DNA of 64,000 nucleotides from Octopus sinensis (GCF_006345805.1 NC_043003.1:34038001-34102000); one strand, 5' to 3'. Positions 50,216-64,000 are shown, numbered from the stretch's first letter. The notes: generated from the letters alone by a model not told the origin. Numbers and translations are program-made.

Positions 50216-50697
50216 TATATGATAGTCTACATTTAAACACAGGGAACCACCATTAACAGGTAATTTTACACGCTAGAAGAAGCAGTCAAAAGGACCAAAC
50301 CCACATTTAAGAGCAATTGCGAAGGGAATGAAAAACTAAAAAAGTTTTACCTTCTTTTTTTTTTACGTTCATAGCTAGATTTTGAATTATTTTAGCAATT
50401 AAAATAATTTGCTAGGCGAAATTCTCATCTGTAACCGCGCCATAAAATTAACATATAATTTAGAGACAAAATAACACGTGTCTCATCACTATATGTTATA
50501 ATTTTTCAAATTTACCGCGCAAGCGCAGTTTCAGTCAGCAGTAAATGAAAAGTGCCGAACTGATGTTCGAAATGTATACGTAAAAATATATAGCGTAGCA
50601 AATATTTTTAGAAATTTCACTGCCAGTGACCTAGCATGCATAAAGATTCAAAGACAGAAGAAGCAGCATACAGATATTATATATATATATATATATA

Positions 50698-50741
<44 letters not shown>

Positions 50742-50968
50742 AGTACATTGTGTGTGGGTGCATACATACATATATATACATACATATATACATACATATA
50801 TGCATATATATATATGCATATATAAATACATATATATATACACACATATATATATATATATGTACATGTAGACATTCATGTAAATATATATGCTTAAGTG
50901 TATGCGTTATACACAGACAAACAGAGAGTCAGACAGACAGACAGACAAACAGACTGACAGACAGACAG

Positions 50969-51053
<85 letters not shown>

Positions 51054-51286
51054 AAGATAGATAGATAGATGAAAATATTCTCTTATGTAGTTTATCTATG
51101 GTTTGCTGAAAAGCTTACCGAGTAGAATGATACCTGAAATTAGAAACATTCCAACTTATATTTCTCAATACAGTACTATGACGAATCTTATTTCGGATAC
51201 ATATCACATCGTCAGTTTATTTTACTCTATTTACCCCAAGTTGCTCAATCTTCTACAAACCCCTTGAGGATGACTATTATTTATAG

Positions 51287-51328
51287 TGCAGCTTATCCTG
51301 TTTCTATGAGCCCTGACTCAAGAGGCAG
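51287..51328 (+). CDS. Candidate 42 nt phase 2-2 exon (xAAYPVSMSPDSRGx)
   Basis: tgactattatttatag| acceptor and cag|gtaact donor; only the phase-2 frame is open; phase-compatible with the 39261 and 59372 exons. Confidence 0.4.
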
Positions 51329-51482
51329 GTAACTGTCAAATAATAAAGATATATAATGATGATACTGTTTGGTAAATATAAACGTATTTTTTATGACTGT
51401 GATAAATTACATACTCAATTTTTCCATTTATGAGATAAAAATTTATTACTCGGGTACTAAATGAGTCTTTTAGTCAATTAAC

Positions 51483-51890
51483 GTACTCTTTTACTCTTTT
51501 ACTTGCTTCAGTCATTTGACCGCGGCCATGCTGGAGCACCGCCTTTAGTCGAGCAAATCGATCCCAGGACTTATTCTTTGCAAGCCTAGTACTTATTCAA
51601 TCGGTCTCTTTTACCAAACCGCTAAGTTTTGGGGGCGTAAACACCAGCAACGTTTGTCAAGCGATGTTGGGGCGACAAACACAGACGCTCAAATACAAAC
51701 ACATATATATATACATATACATATATACGACGGGCTTCTTTCAGTTTCCGTCTACCAAATCCACTCACAGGGCTTTAATCAACCCGAGGCTATAGTAGAA
51801 GACATTTGCTCAATGTGCCACGCAGTGGGAATGAACCCGGAATCATGTGGTTTGTAAGCAAGCTAATTACCACGCATCCACTCCTGCGTC
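51483..51890 (-). mobile_element. tRNA-derived SINE (family C)
   Basis: Same sequence family as 39843-40250, including the head gcagtgggaatgaacccggaatcatgtggtttgtaagcaagct. Confidence 0.92.
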
Positions 51891-52129
51891 TGTATATATT
51901 CTTATATTCTTTTAATCGTTTCATGGTGAACACTGTTGCCATTGTCTCGCTACAATTTGACCGTTTTCAAAAGTCCATACCTCTTTGTTTCTGTAGTATT
52001 GGACTATATATATGTGTATTATATATACATATGTATGTAGATATATATATATTATATATATATATATATATCTATATATATATTTTATATATATATGTAT
52101 GTATATATGTATGCATGTATGTATATATG

Positions 52130-52340
52130 CATACCGCGTGTGTGCCGTTGGCGATTTTTTCCTCCGTCTTCCCTTCTTTGGATCTTTTCTTTTCCTAAGT
52201 TTCTGACGAAGGGCTCCGCTCGAAACGTTAAACCCTCCTTCTTTCCTTCCTTCCTAAGTGTCCAATAATACTATATTTGTTCCACGTCCTCGCGTTGTTG
52301 CGTTTTCTCTTTGTGTTTTCATGTTTGCTTTAACTATGTA
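52130..52340 (+). mobile_element. Penelope-like terminal repeat with a minimal hammerhead-like core (52199-52233)
   Basis: gttt-CTGACGA-a-gggc tcc gctc-GAAAC-GTT-aaac. Confidence 0.6.
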
Positions 52341-53418
52341 TATATATATACCAAAAAGTTGTGTTATAATACTATTCCACAGCCATACCAACAATCCAAC
52401 ATACTTCCCTATTCAGCTGTTCCACGGGTGTCATTATGATTTTGACACCTGAGTAGTACCATTCAATCCGACGGTGTCAACAGCACTAAAATAAGTGTTG
52501 TTTGGGGACAAACAAACCAAAGAAACCACAACTTTCAGACGCATTTACCTAATGTACAACCGTATCGATTAATAAATGTCATGAGTAAATTACAACCACT
52601 CCTAAATACTTAACTAAACAGCGACAACTCTATTAAGTCATAAAAATTATATTCCCTACCGTCTTCTATAGTGTAATATAAAAGTTAAGCTTAATAACTA
52701 CATTATTTCAATCAATATTCAAGCAGGATTAAACACTAACTTTACTAAAACTACAACAAGAGACATTTATACCAATGTACATTGTATCGGTATTTTTAGT
52801 AAATTGTGATCCATCTTCAAGTCCATATAAATAATAATCCCACCGGTCTTCCATAGGTACTACTATAATGAAAATTCAAACCTTATAAAATTTTTTCCAA
52901 AACAAAACATGGTTGAAATTAATTTAACTAATAATTTTATGAGTAAAATACATTATTTCATCATTCAAAAGTTAATAATAAAACACTACATACTTATTAA
53001 TATATCACCACTACAAATTATAATAATAATTTGCCATATATATATATGCTTATACTTACGTATATTTTTTATGTGTTTACGTGTGTATACTCACCTGCGT
53101 AAATTTATGTCTTTTGTATGTGTATGTGTGTGCGTGTTTGTAAGTGTGTGTGTGTGTGTGTTCTTGTGTCTGTGTGTATGTGTGATAATTACGTATGTGT
53201 GCTTGAATATAAATGGTTGAATGACATGCTTTAACATTTGATATTTAGGCAAGCCTTCTTATATACAGTTACCAACCATGATATGTGCTTATATTCGCAT
53301 AATATACTTACATATGAACATATGCTGTTTGCTATTTCTTTCAATGATTTCTTTTTTTATACACGTTCCTACAAATCACAAAATAGCATTGATTAATATA
53401 TCTATTCATATGTATATA

Positions 53419-54005
<587 letters not shown>

Positions 54006-54029
54006 AACAACATGTGAATCGCTCACGAT

Positions 54030-54200
54030 TTTCTTCTTCCGTTTTCCTTTCTATTGGACTTTTCTCTGTTTCTGAAGAAAAGCGTTGCTCGAAACGTTAA
54101 ACCAACTTTGTTTCCTTCTCTGAGCATCTGCTAATACCTTACCTGTACCATGTCCTTGTATTGGTGTGTTTTTCTTGTGTTTGTTCTTCTTTTTGGGATT

Positions 54201-54205
<5 letters not shown>
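54030..54205 (+). mobile_element. Penelope-like terminal repeat with a minimal hammerhead-like core (54068-54102)
   Basis: gttt-CTGAAGA-aaagcgttgctc-GAAAC-GTT-aaac; same family as 52130. Confidence 0.55.
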
Positions 54206-54246
<41 letters not shown>

Positions 54247-54454
54247 GATGTTTGTAAAATAGAACGGAATCCTATTAAACGGTTAATTTCCCCTGACTAT
54301 CCATGCAAGAAAACTCTTAAACATGACCTTAGCAGCTCACTACACAGCCAGTAATAATGTTTTTCTTTCTAATTAAATGAATCCTAGTAGTATAATTATG
54401 TATACAAGCATATATACCCGGCCATCCTCGGGATTAAAATGGCATAGATTTTTA

Positions 54455-54745
54455 TTGTTTTACATGTTTCAGTCATGTGACTGCGGCCATAAGGGAGCGC
54501 TGCCGTTGGTCGAAGAAATCAGCCACAGGATATATTCTTTGTATGCCTAGTACTGATTCTGTCATTGTCTTTTACCAAACCGCTAAGTTACGGGAATGTA
54601 AACATAGCAACATCAGTTGTCAAGCAATGGTGGGGGTACAAACACAAGACACGCACACACATACATATATTTACGAGTCCTCTTTCAGTTTCCGAGAAGG
54701 AAATCCACTCACAATGTTTTGGTCAGCCTGAGGCTATAATAAGCA
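54455..54745 (-). mobile_element. Diverged, 5'-truncated family C SINE
   Basis: tgtttcagtcatgtgactgcggccat...ccgctaagttacggg...ctttcagtttccg...atccactcac. Confidence 0.8.
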
Positions 54746-54760
54746 TATATATATATATAT

Positions 54761-55660
54761 GTAGCTTACATACCCGGTAATTCCCGGGAGAGCGGGCTTA
54801 TCCCTTGGTTCCGTTCTCATAATTGTTTCGCTAATCCAGTAACAACAATATAAAGTATGTAGCCCTTAAGATAGTTTTTGTGTATTTATTGAGAATGCCG
54901 AACTCTCTTACAAAGGATCATGTTTTTAGGAATTCTCAAAAAGTTATGAATACCCAAATTGTGAAGTCAGTTATGTAATAACATGAAATTAATTACCCTA
55001 TAATAAAAATTCAAATAAAGTAGCCCGAAAAGGGCTTTAATACGTTCCCAGAGTATATAGATTTTAGGAGGAGATACTACTAATAAGGTATGTATACTAA
55101 CATTGTGAAACATGTTACATAATAACAGGCTAACCAGATATGAGATAATAACAATTCAAAGTAATTAACTGTGAAAAAAGCTTTTGTACGTTCCCAGAGA
55201 ATATTACCCTCAGCAGCGCTAGTATTGATATATTCGTGAATAAGTCACTAACCGAAATAAGTGGATCTATTGTTTAAGAGAATACTATTTACTTGTCTAA
55301 GCGTTGTATTGGATAAATTGGGAACATAACTAAAATAGTTAAAATACTAAGAAATAAAGCATACTGAAAATAAATGGGTTATTTCCCTTGGTGGTTATTT
55401 CAAGGAGTGAATGGTTTATTTCCCTTGAAAGCTTAAAAATAAATACTCCCACCGTTTACTCGCGCCCAAATGTTATTCCTCCCGCTGTTTACCCGAACAT
55501 TTTTTCGAAATCAATTTATACTGAAAACCTCCCCCCCCCAGACACATAAGCAATGTACGTGTGAAGTTTAAGAAAAATCGGTCGAGCCGTTTTGGCGCAA
55601 AACGAGGACATACCAATGCACACACAGACAAACAGAAATTTTCAGTTTTAATATGTAAGA
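54761..55660 (-). mobile_element. Non-autonomous Helitron (second family, ~900 bp)
   Basis: Minus strand A|TCttacatattaaaactg...; subterminal hairpin cccgg gaatta ccggg; ends CTAC rather than CTAG, next to (TA)n. Confidence 0.7.
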
Positions 55661-57000
55661 TTTAGGCCGTTTTATTTTTGAAATATACGAAACAATCTCT
55701 CAATGAACTTGGTATTTAATCTCATATATATTCTCTAATGCGCTCTCTCTTACAACCAAATGTTTAGAATGTTCAATACCTTAAAAGGAGTAGAGGTTTT
55801 AATGAAAGTCAAACATTATATTTTCCAGAAATAAAATCTCATCTCTCATAAAGATCCACAGAGTGCAGTATATCTTAAATTCTTTTGATCTTAATTTTAA
55901 ATCAGAGCCTATTAACAAAGTTGTTTCTAAAACTGACCTAGTTCACCGAATTTTCATTGTAAGCAGTTAACCTCTTCAGCCTTCTCGCATTCGAGAATAA
56001 GTTGACTCCGTGCACCTTTTAATGTCTCTGTAGTCGCTCACTTTACCGGATGGTTTGCATCTCTTTCTGCACTCCAAACAACTAATAGTTTACGCAGTTT
56101 CTTCATTTCGTTCAAGTAATAGCCAAATATGCTCGGCATTATAAAATATGTTATCCAAAATCATTTTGGATAATATATTTATAGGAGAACAACCTTCAAA
56201 GGAATATAAATTATTTCATCATTCATCATATCGGATCAGAGATTACAAGTCGTAAACGTTAAAAATGGAACGTGTTACTAATATAGTATTCATTTGTATG
56301 CATTTATCTAACGATTAGCATGCGGAAGAAGCAAGTCGATTCACACACATTCTACATAGTGAGCTTATGCACACACATATTCAAGAAAAGACAAGAAGGA
56401 TCCAGGCCATGTGAACGCAGTAAAAATTAAGAGGATACAGTAGCTCTGATTTTCTATATATCGCTAGCGAAGACATGAACCGCTGCACTCTAGCGATTGA
56501 GCGTACATAAGCATGAGATCAAAGATGATCGAAATCACGTGATATGGTGGTCATGGTCCTGGAGTTAGTGCGGAGTTATCTCACGGAGTGCGATATAAAT
56601 GAACAAGCGTGCATTCGGCACCAAAAGGCTATATGAGAGTTTTTCTCGTGGTAAATACTGCAGTGAAGTCTGTTCCAACAGATCATCCACGTTCAAGTGG
56701 GGATGAGTATTACTTCTTGGTGGTAATACTGCCTCTGTCGCTAATATATATATATATTTACGCTGCGAAACATTCTTATAACGTATGGGTCAAGAATGTA
56801 GTATGACAACAAAAAGGAAAAATCACTCAATGTACGTAAAGTATGAGCTCAGATACACTTTGTAGAAGCATATATCAAATTTAATATAACTAATTAGATA
56901 TATTAAATATATCAGTTTGGGTATTAAATACAATATATATATATATATTTATAGAACAACCTTCAAAGGAATATAAATTATTTCATCATTCATCATATCG

Positions 57001-57237
57001 GAGGCGCAATGGCCTAGTGGTTAGGGCAGCGGACTCGCGGTCGCAGGATCGCGGTTTCGATTCCCAGACCGGGCGTTGTGAGTGTTTATTGAGCGAAAAC
57101 ACCTAAAATCTCCACGAGGCTCCGGCAGGGGGTGGTGATCCCTGCTGTACTCTTTCACCACTCTTTCTCCCACTCTTTCCTCTGTTGGCCTGCTCGCTTA
57201 GCCAGCGGGGTGGCGTCATTCGAAGGCTAAAACAATG
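57001..57237 (+). mobile_element. Young tRNA-derived SINE (family E)
   Basis: Intact A box tggcctagtggttagg and B box ggtttcgattccc, followed by a non-tRNA body (gggcgttgtgagtgtttattgagcgaaaacacc). Confidence 0.9.
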
Positions 57238-58697
57238 ATGGTCTGGTCGGTCACGTGATCACGTAATATATATATATATGTATGTTTGTATGTATGTATG
57301 TATGCATGCATGCAGACATACATGCAAAACGAGAGAAAGGAAGAAGTATAGACTTTCAGACGAAACAACTTACACAGAGTACAAACAACGAAGAAAATTA
57401 AAAGGGAAGAAGAGCATTTAATATATCTGATTTGCTTATCCGCATAATTGCCTCTATATCTGCTCAATTTGATCCCTGTTATAGCCATTCTTTACTCCGT
57501 AGAATTGATCCCCTGTAAAGTCTGAGTTTGAATCATTTGAGTATTACTAAGTGTCTTCTATACTGAGAAACTCCGGATCTCGTCTGTAGACCACATATAT
57601 GAATTTCGGTTGTTTGTATGTATGTGTGAAAGTATGTATATGCCAATCCAAGATCTGACAATTTGTAAAGAAATTAAAGAATTCGAAGATAGTTTTCAGA
57701 GTGAACAAATATTTAATCCATAATCGTTGGTTCGATAGTACATATTTTGTTTTGCCTATGGCTTTTCGGGAACAAAACAAAGGATGTTGGGCTAAGTTCA
57801 CGATCAAAACTATTAGCTTGACATTTAGAGAAATGGAAAGAGAAAATTATGTCTTAACTGTATCTTTATATCGTAATAGTAGAGTAGCATAAAACGAGCA
57901 AAGAAAACACGAAGAAAAGTTTTTTCTTAAATTAAATAAAAGATGTAGTTGAGGCGAATATCCTCATGTGAAGTTTAGATTCAGACAGCAAGATAGAGAG
58001 AGGAAGAAATAGCTGAGAGAGAAAGATAGAGAAAGAATGTGAGGGTAAGACAGAGAGTACATGCGTATTTATTCGTGGTTAAATAGGTGTTGAGTATATT
58101 AATTAATTTGATAGTAATCTGTTTATATCTTCGAGCAACACGTCGAATCAGTGAAATCAGAAGCCACGATTAATTATGTTAATAAAGTTGGGGGCGGTGG
58201 GGTGTTTCACATTCGTATTTCCAAAGAATATGTTGATACATAACTTTCCAAATGTTAACTCCAAATTACATTAGATTTCATACAGCCATACATACGTACA
58301 TATATTTGTTATGGCGTATGCTTACAAATATTTACATATACTAATGTGTATACAATACAAACACACATATGCTTTCGCATTTCCAGTATAACGACATTAT
58401 GCATCCATGTGTGTACTAGTCTTCTCTGAAGAGACTAGTGTCGTAAAGCTGGCCGATTTGTAGGAAGGCACCAATATATATTCTCTGTTTCAGAGAATTT
58501 ATCCTTCTTGTAGTTCATTCCGATCGTTGCCCCAAATATGCACACACACAGACACACAGACAGACAGACACACACACACACACACACTCACACACACACA
58601 CACACACACTCACACACTCACATACACGTGCAAACGTACATACACGCACATACAGACTCAGACTTGTGTGCGTATACATATATATATAGATGGATAG

Positions 58698-58761
<64 letters not shown>

Positions 58762-58961
58762 GTATCCTCCTTATTCTCTTGGAGATTTTAGGTAAAAGTA
58801 TATTAATGTGTCCTAATTTAATTAAATTCTATATCTTTGCGTAGCTGAAGATTGCTCTACATTTTAAATTGATGTAATGAAATGATTGCCCTGTTCAATT
58901 AAATGGAGACGCATGAAACGATCGTACCTCTGGATATCTTTGTTGCTTATTTTGATATTTT

Positions 58962-59017
<56 letters not shown>

Positions 59018-59021
59018 AGAG

Positions 59022-59079
<58 letters not shown>

Positions 59080-59108
59080 GTAGGTAGGTAGGTAGGTAGG
59101 TAGGTAGG

Positions 59109-59146
<38 letters not shown>

Positions 59147-59147
<1 letters not shown>

Positions 59148-59302
59148 GTTTCTTTATTGGCCACACAGGGCTGCACACAGATGGGACAAGTTACAAGGTA
59201 GAGCTTTTCTTTTGGGGGATGAAGAGAACAAAAAACAAAATAAAAAAAAGGGGGTGGCATAGGTTTTCGATCAAGAGGGATTGTAAAAGGGAAGAAAAAA
59301 AA
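59147..59302 (-). mobile_element. Short 3' UTR copy of the Tx1 family of 43217-44045, flanked by (GATA)n on both sides
   Basis: tttctttatt(g/a)gccacacagggctgcacacagat...ttacaag(g)tag...cttttcttt is shared with 43217; arrays at 59020-59146 and 59304-59326. Confidence 0.88.
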
Positions 59303-59371
59303 AGATAGATAGATAGATAGATAGATTAAATGATTGATAAGCATATGCTGTCTCTCTTTCTCTTCCTTCAG

Positions 59372-59422
59372 CAGGTACATCGTTGATGTTCGATCAATTT
59401 GGATGTTTATGACTCCTCACGA
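59372..59422 (+). CDS. Candidate 51 nt (or 48 nt through a NAGNAG acceptor) phase 2-2 exon (xRYIVDVRSIWMFMTPHx)
   Basis: Strong polypyrimidine tract tctctctttctcttccttcag|cag|, consensus donor cga|gtaagt, only one open frame. Confidence 0.7.
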
Positions 59423-59671
59423 GTAAGTATACGTTTAAAATAACAGATGAAAGATGGTACTAACTACCAAGATATGTACGCATATCTATGTATTTATTGG
59501 ATTAGACATGCATGTGACAAGTTAATTATTTTTGTTCTGCTATACGGAAAAGCAAATCCTCCTTAACCCCTTACCAACACTGTCGTTTTTCACTCACTAT
59601 GCGGCTTTATGTCACTAGATGCACTTTGCATTTATTTAACTAGCTACTTCATCTCATCTCCCCCTCTTCCC

Positions 59672-59965
59672 TTAGCATGGTTTATTGGTTAGTAGTGTAT
59701 TGCACTCACGATCGCGAGATCGTGGTTTCAATTCTTAGACCGGCTGGTGCATTGTGTTCATGAGCAAAGCTCTTCATCTCTCGTTGCTCTGCAATCACTT
59801 CGACACCTGACGCATAGAACCCGTTCAGCCATCGTCAATTTAATGGAGGGACTGAGCTAATGTACAGCATATACACTTGGTCACCATAAACAAATCATTT
59901 GTGTAGGTCGTACGGCAAAACTTTAACACTCATACGCCGTCTTGAACGGGAGAGTCCATCATACG
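59672..59965 (+). mobile_element. tRNA-derived SINE (family F), diverged
   Basis: cactcacgatcgcgagatcgtggtttcaattcttagaccgg (B box region) followed by ttgtgttcatgagcaaagc...gttgctctgcaatcacttcg. Confidence 0.7.
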
Positions 59966-61269
59966 CTACTTGCTTATAGTTGATTTGCATTTCAACCCTG
60001 TCTGAAAAATGCGGTCGTTAGTTAATATGCTCTATTGTACTCTATAAAGCATATTTCAAAATTTGTAGTTATTTGTAGTTATTCACCGATCGTGATTATC
60101 GAGTTCAGAAGTATTTGTAACGTATTAAATGAAAGAAATACCAACTTCCTGCTCCAAGTTATTTTTCTTGTACCAAATGTGCTCTGCATTCGCTGTATGC
60201 TTCTCTATAGGGTTATGTTGCAGAGGGAGTTTTACTGCATACGATCAAAATCCGCAACCAATGCGGTATTTTACCGCACACTTAGCGCATCTATTTCTAG
60301 CTATGATATATGTTAGCTGTGCTCACATGTGTCTGTCTGTATGCACGCGTCTGTGTGGCATACAGACGATATACATCTAGATGCTTCAAGTGAGTTACTT
60401 AGTCTTTTTTCAGCTGCACTTGAATTACAGTTTTTACTCTGTCCATCTATGTTCTGTAATTTTCCACTATTTTCCGCTGTGCACAGCAATTAAAACTGTT
60501 TCTTCAGAGGACCAAACGTAGCTGGAAAACTTAGCCTGATGCTATCCTAGGATGGTCTTGAATTTAGATAGGTGATTGACAGAGTATTTCTTTAATCATT
60601 CCTACATATCAATTGGAGGTCTTTCATAGGCTATGCTTGAACTGTTCGACTGCTGCTTGGTAGATAACAGCTTTTGTTTATATGAATCATTAGATAATTT
60701 ACGTGTTTTTCAATCAATGCAATCGCCGATGTTTTACAGAAACAACTTTCTTCAGAAAAGATTGTGTATCTCTGATATGCTATTTTGCGAGACCTGATGT
60801 GAAAATGTAATTCATATTAGGCACCTGTTCAACAAATCATATTTATATATGTATTCCATTTTATCGCATATTCTTTACATTTTCGTTTTCTGAACATTCA
60901 TATTAACGGCTTCATGTGTCACGGAGGCGTGAAACTTGGCGTTACGAAATTTGAACTTATAGCTTCATAGATATATTTTTGTCAATTCAGTTTCAATATC
61001 GAGTACTTCCGTATTTTCTGCTTGTCTGTAAGTTCTCGCACGCACGCGTGCACACACACACTAACACGTACGTGCACACACACACACATGCATACATACA
61101 GATACTTGCATGCTTGTGTGTATGTGTGTGTGTGTGTGTGTGCATTGTTTCCCATGTTTTGCGTACTTTTAGAAATATGATTGAGATTTTTAGTATGCTG
61201 ATATATATTCACTGGATTGCCATTAACGCTAGTGTCAGTATTGGTACTAGTATTGAAGGTGAGGTTTGC

Positions 61270-61287
61270 AGTAGCAGCAACAGCAAC

Positions 61288-61330
<43 letters not shown>

Positions 61331-61353
61331 TAGTAGTAGTAGTAGTTGTAGTT

Positions 61354-61396
<43 letters not shown>

Positions 61397-61430
61397 CAGT
61401 AGTAGTAGTAATAGTAGTAGTAGTAGTAGA
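61270..61430. repeat. (AGT)n microsatellite
   Basis: Directly visible. Confidence 0.97.
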
Positions 61431-62627
61431 CTGTCACAGTATATACTATCATTCTTGTTTTGCTAATTGTAGTGGTCTGTGAGGATGATGGAATCATTAA
61501 GATATGGTTTAATGATGGTCCTGTCAACACTTGTATTTTTAGTATTGGTGGCTGTAATAATCGTGATGTTGTTGTCGTTGTGGTCATTACTGATGGTAGC
61601 AGTAATTGCTGCATCTCAGGTAGAGCTACTGATAAGTTTGCCAATATTTGTGTTATATCTGTTCTCAAGTGGCTGCTGTATGCTCAAAGCTTCTTCTCTG
61701 CATATGTTTTCCATAATGGCAGGTTATTTCTAAACGGCCTTTGCTGCCTACAGAAGGAATGTGTTTTACAGTGTATGCTATTTGTTTTGATAGAATATTG
61801 GTCAGTATTGCAAACGCTTGATTCCGCTTCGTATCAGCTGTTACATTTTATTACAGCTGTATTTACATATATAACATTAATCGGAGCTTGATAAAACCGT
61901 TTATGAGATATAAAATGGGAAAAAGTCTTTAGTTGTAGTGCGAGGATGTTGTGTGTGGTAGTTGTATCGTGGTGCTGGCTGGTTGGCGCTACAAGTAAGA
62001 AAAGTGAATGTAGTTCAGGATATTAATTTTAAACATAGAAACGAAAAGAGTCATTATGGAGGCTTGGACATTTTACGCTTAATATAACTTAGCCAGAGGA
62101 AAGTAAGCACCTCTCTTCTTTTCACCTAGAAAATTGGGAATATGGTTGTAACTTATCTTGAAGTCGACAACTTGTCTCCAATGCTTGCAAAATAGTAGAT
62201 TCCGCTAAAGTCACACCAAATATGGGTGCTGGTGCTAAAGAATGGTATGTATTAAGTACATCAAAGATCAAAGTACATCTCTGCTACGTATTTTTATTGG
62301 CTTTGATTTGATAGACTGCAAAGTTGACATTGAAACTCGGGGCACAGATCAAGTTCTATTTTCGATTGCTAACTGAATAACCATCACTCAACTTATGCAT
62401 CAAATATGCAGGAGAAAGAATAAATGAGCTGAAATTTCACCCTCTCGGCTTTTACAAATGTAACACAAATATGTTTATTAGCATTTAAGTAAGTCTAAGT
62501 TGACAACCACTATGTAAACTTCAGAAAAATCACAAGTCACAACATTCCATTGTTAACCTCTACAAATTTCAGTCCATGAGTCTAACCAAAAGAATTCCTT
62601 AATATTCCGATTGCACAAATGTTACTG

Positions 62628-62923
62628 ACAGGCGAGATAGCAGAAACGTTAGCACGCCAGGCGAAATGCTTGGTGACAATTCGTCTGTCTTTACGGGATT
62701 ATCGCTCAGACGCAGATGCACTCTGCATCGACAACAGATTGCATTCCCAGAATACAGAATGATACCCTTTAGTGAACGTATTGAGAAATGCGCAAAGCAA
62801 CTACTACCACAATTTATAATCTTTTTATTCTATCAATGTGCTATTGGAACACCAACACAAGTTAGATTAAACAAGGAAACATTCTTCATTGAAAAATATA
62901 AACCAAAACTTAACCATTTCTAA
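62628..62923 (+). mobile_element. Family A SINE head fused to a Penelope-like GIY-YIG C-terminal fragment
   Basis: ggcgagatagcagaaacgttagcacgccaggcgaaatgc (SINE head), then TGLSLRRRCTLHRQQI..PEYR.IPFSE.IEKCA...KE.FFI.KYKPKLN. Confidence 0.75.
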
Positions 62924-63284
62924 CATTTTGAAACAAGGAAACTCATCTCATTGAAAAAAATATAAAGCAACACCAAACCACATTCTATTCCTTCTAAACT
63001 AAATAATGTTTATTTAGTCATACCCAACATGTTTGATTATCTCCCTTATACCGGAAGAAATCCCTGATTACCTTGCCCTGCCTGGAACCCCATATTTCAC
63101 AACATAGCGAAGACATGACACGATGTAGGTAAAGAAATTTGAGAAATTTGAAAAGAAAATACGAAACCGGTTATTTCTCCAAAAACTATGTTACTATACA
63201 CGAAATTTTATAAAATTTTTCTAAGATAACAACTTAAATATATTCTTTAACCTTATAACAAAAGCCTTCTGTAGTTTTTTCACT

Positions 63285-63322
<38 letters not shown>

Positions 63323-64000
63323 ACCCATTTAATATTTAACATAATAAATGGGTTGTATGACATAATCCTAATGTTTTAAGTTTCTAATTTAGATAATAGA
63401 ATTTTTTTATAAGAAAAATTATTATTTTATTTATTTCTTAAAAAATATTGTTTAACTCTCTTTGCTTATTTATTTAACTATTATCATTAACCTGAAGATT
63501 GACTATAATTTTAATTCGAATTTTCAATTGAATTTAAACTTAATTGTAATTCGAATTGAATTATAGCCATGAAACGTACGTAGTGTTTTTACTTATTATA
63601 TTATATTTAACTTTTAATACATTTTGGTTAGTAATATAATTTTTTTTAATTTAAAAAATTTAATAATTAAAAAATTTAAAAAATTTAAAAACTTTAAATT
63701 CTAATAATTTAAATTTTAAATTTTATATTTCATATATATATTGTATATTATATTAATTATATATATTTTTTTTATGTTTTGGTTTATGTCTATCACTGTT
63801 TGAGTTGCCTAATAGTGGTTTTATCGCTAATTTAATTTACATTTATACTGTGAAATTTAATTTAATCCTAAATCTAATTTTTCCCCTGTAAGTTTGGATA
63901 TACTCCCTAATATTATTATGATATATATATATATATATATATATAAACCGTTGAGTGTAAAAATTTTGATGCGATAAAAAATTTCCAGTATCTTATAGAA

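Noticed and set aside
57001-57075. tRNA-like sequence with intact A and B boxes
   Set aside because: No complete acceptor stem, and it continues into a SINE body, so it is a SINE head rather than a tRNA gene.
61460-61891. 143 aa + strand ORF and 228 aa - strand ORF
   Set aside because: Built largely from degenerate GAT/GGT/GTT triplets adjoining the (AGT)n array.
63330-64000. Possible NUMT
   Set aside because: No mitochondrial rRNA, tRNA or protein motif could be recognised; kept only as a low-interest finding.

Overview
Eukaryotic, AT-rich, repeat-dominated 64 kb window with one 100-N scaffold gap (48449-48548). The microsatellite load and the tRNA-derived SINE families point to a coleoid cephalopod, most likely Octopus (inference; no database search was possible). 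Most of the sequence is microsatellite ((TA)n, (CA)n, (GATA)n, (CAT)n, (AAT)n, (AGT)n) or decayed mobile elements: about 15 tRNA-derived SINEs, four mariner relics and a mariner MITE, a hAT/Charlie transposase relic with a nested RTE fragment, RTE, R4/Dong, L1-Tx1 and CR1/L2-like LINE fragments, Penelope-like fragments (GIY-YIG ends and terminal repeats with hammerhead-like cores), three non-autonomous Helitrons and several long fold-back elements. No intact long CDS is present, and nearly all long ORFs in the track are microsatellite or transposon artefacts. Several very small + strand exon candidates with good splice signals and a single open frame (19070-19094, 19249-19329, 39261-39299, 51287-51328, 59372-59422) suggest the window is mostly intron of one unidentified large gene. 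The most interesting signals are a Tx1-type LINE found twice inside (TATC)n arrays, a set of hammerhead-like ribozyme cores, a dense set of long intronic hairpins, a pre-miRNA-sized hairpin, and an element with combined direct and inverted repeats. All protein family calls come from motif recognition by eye, not from searches.
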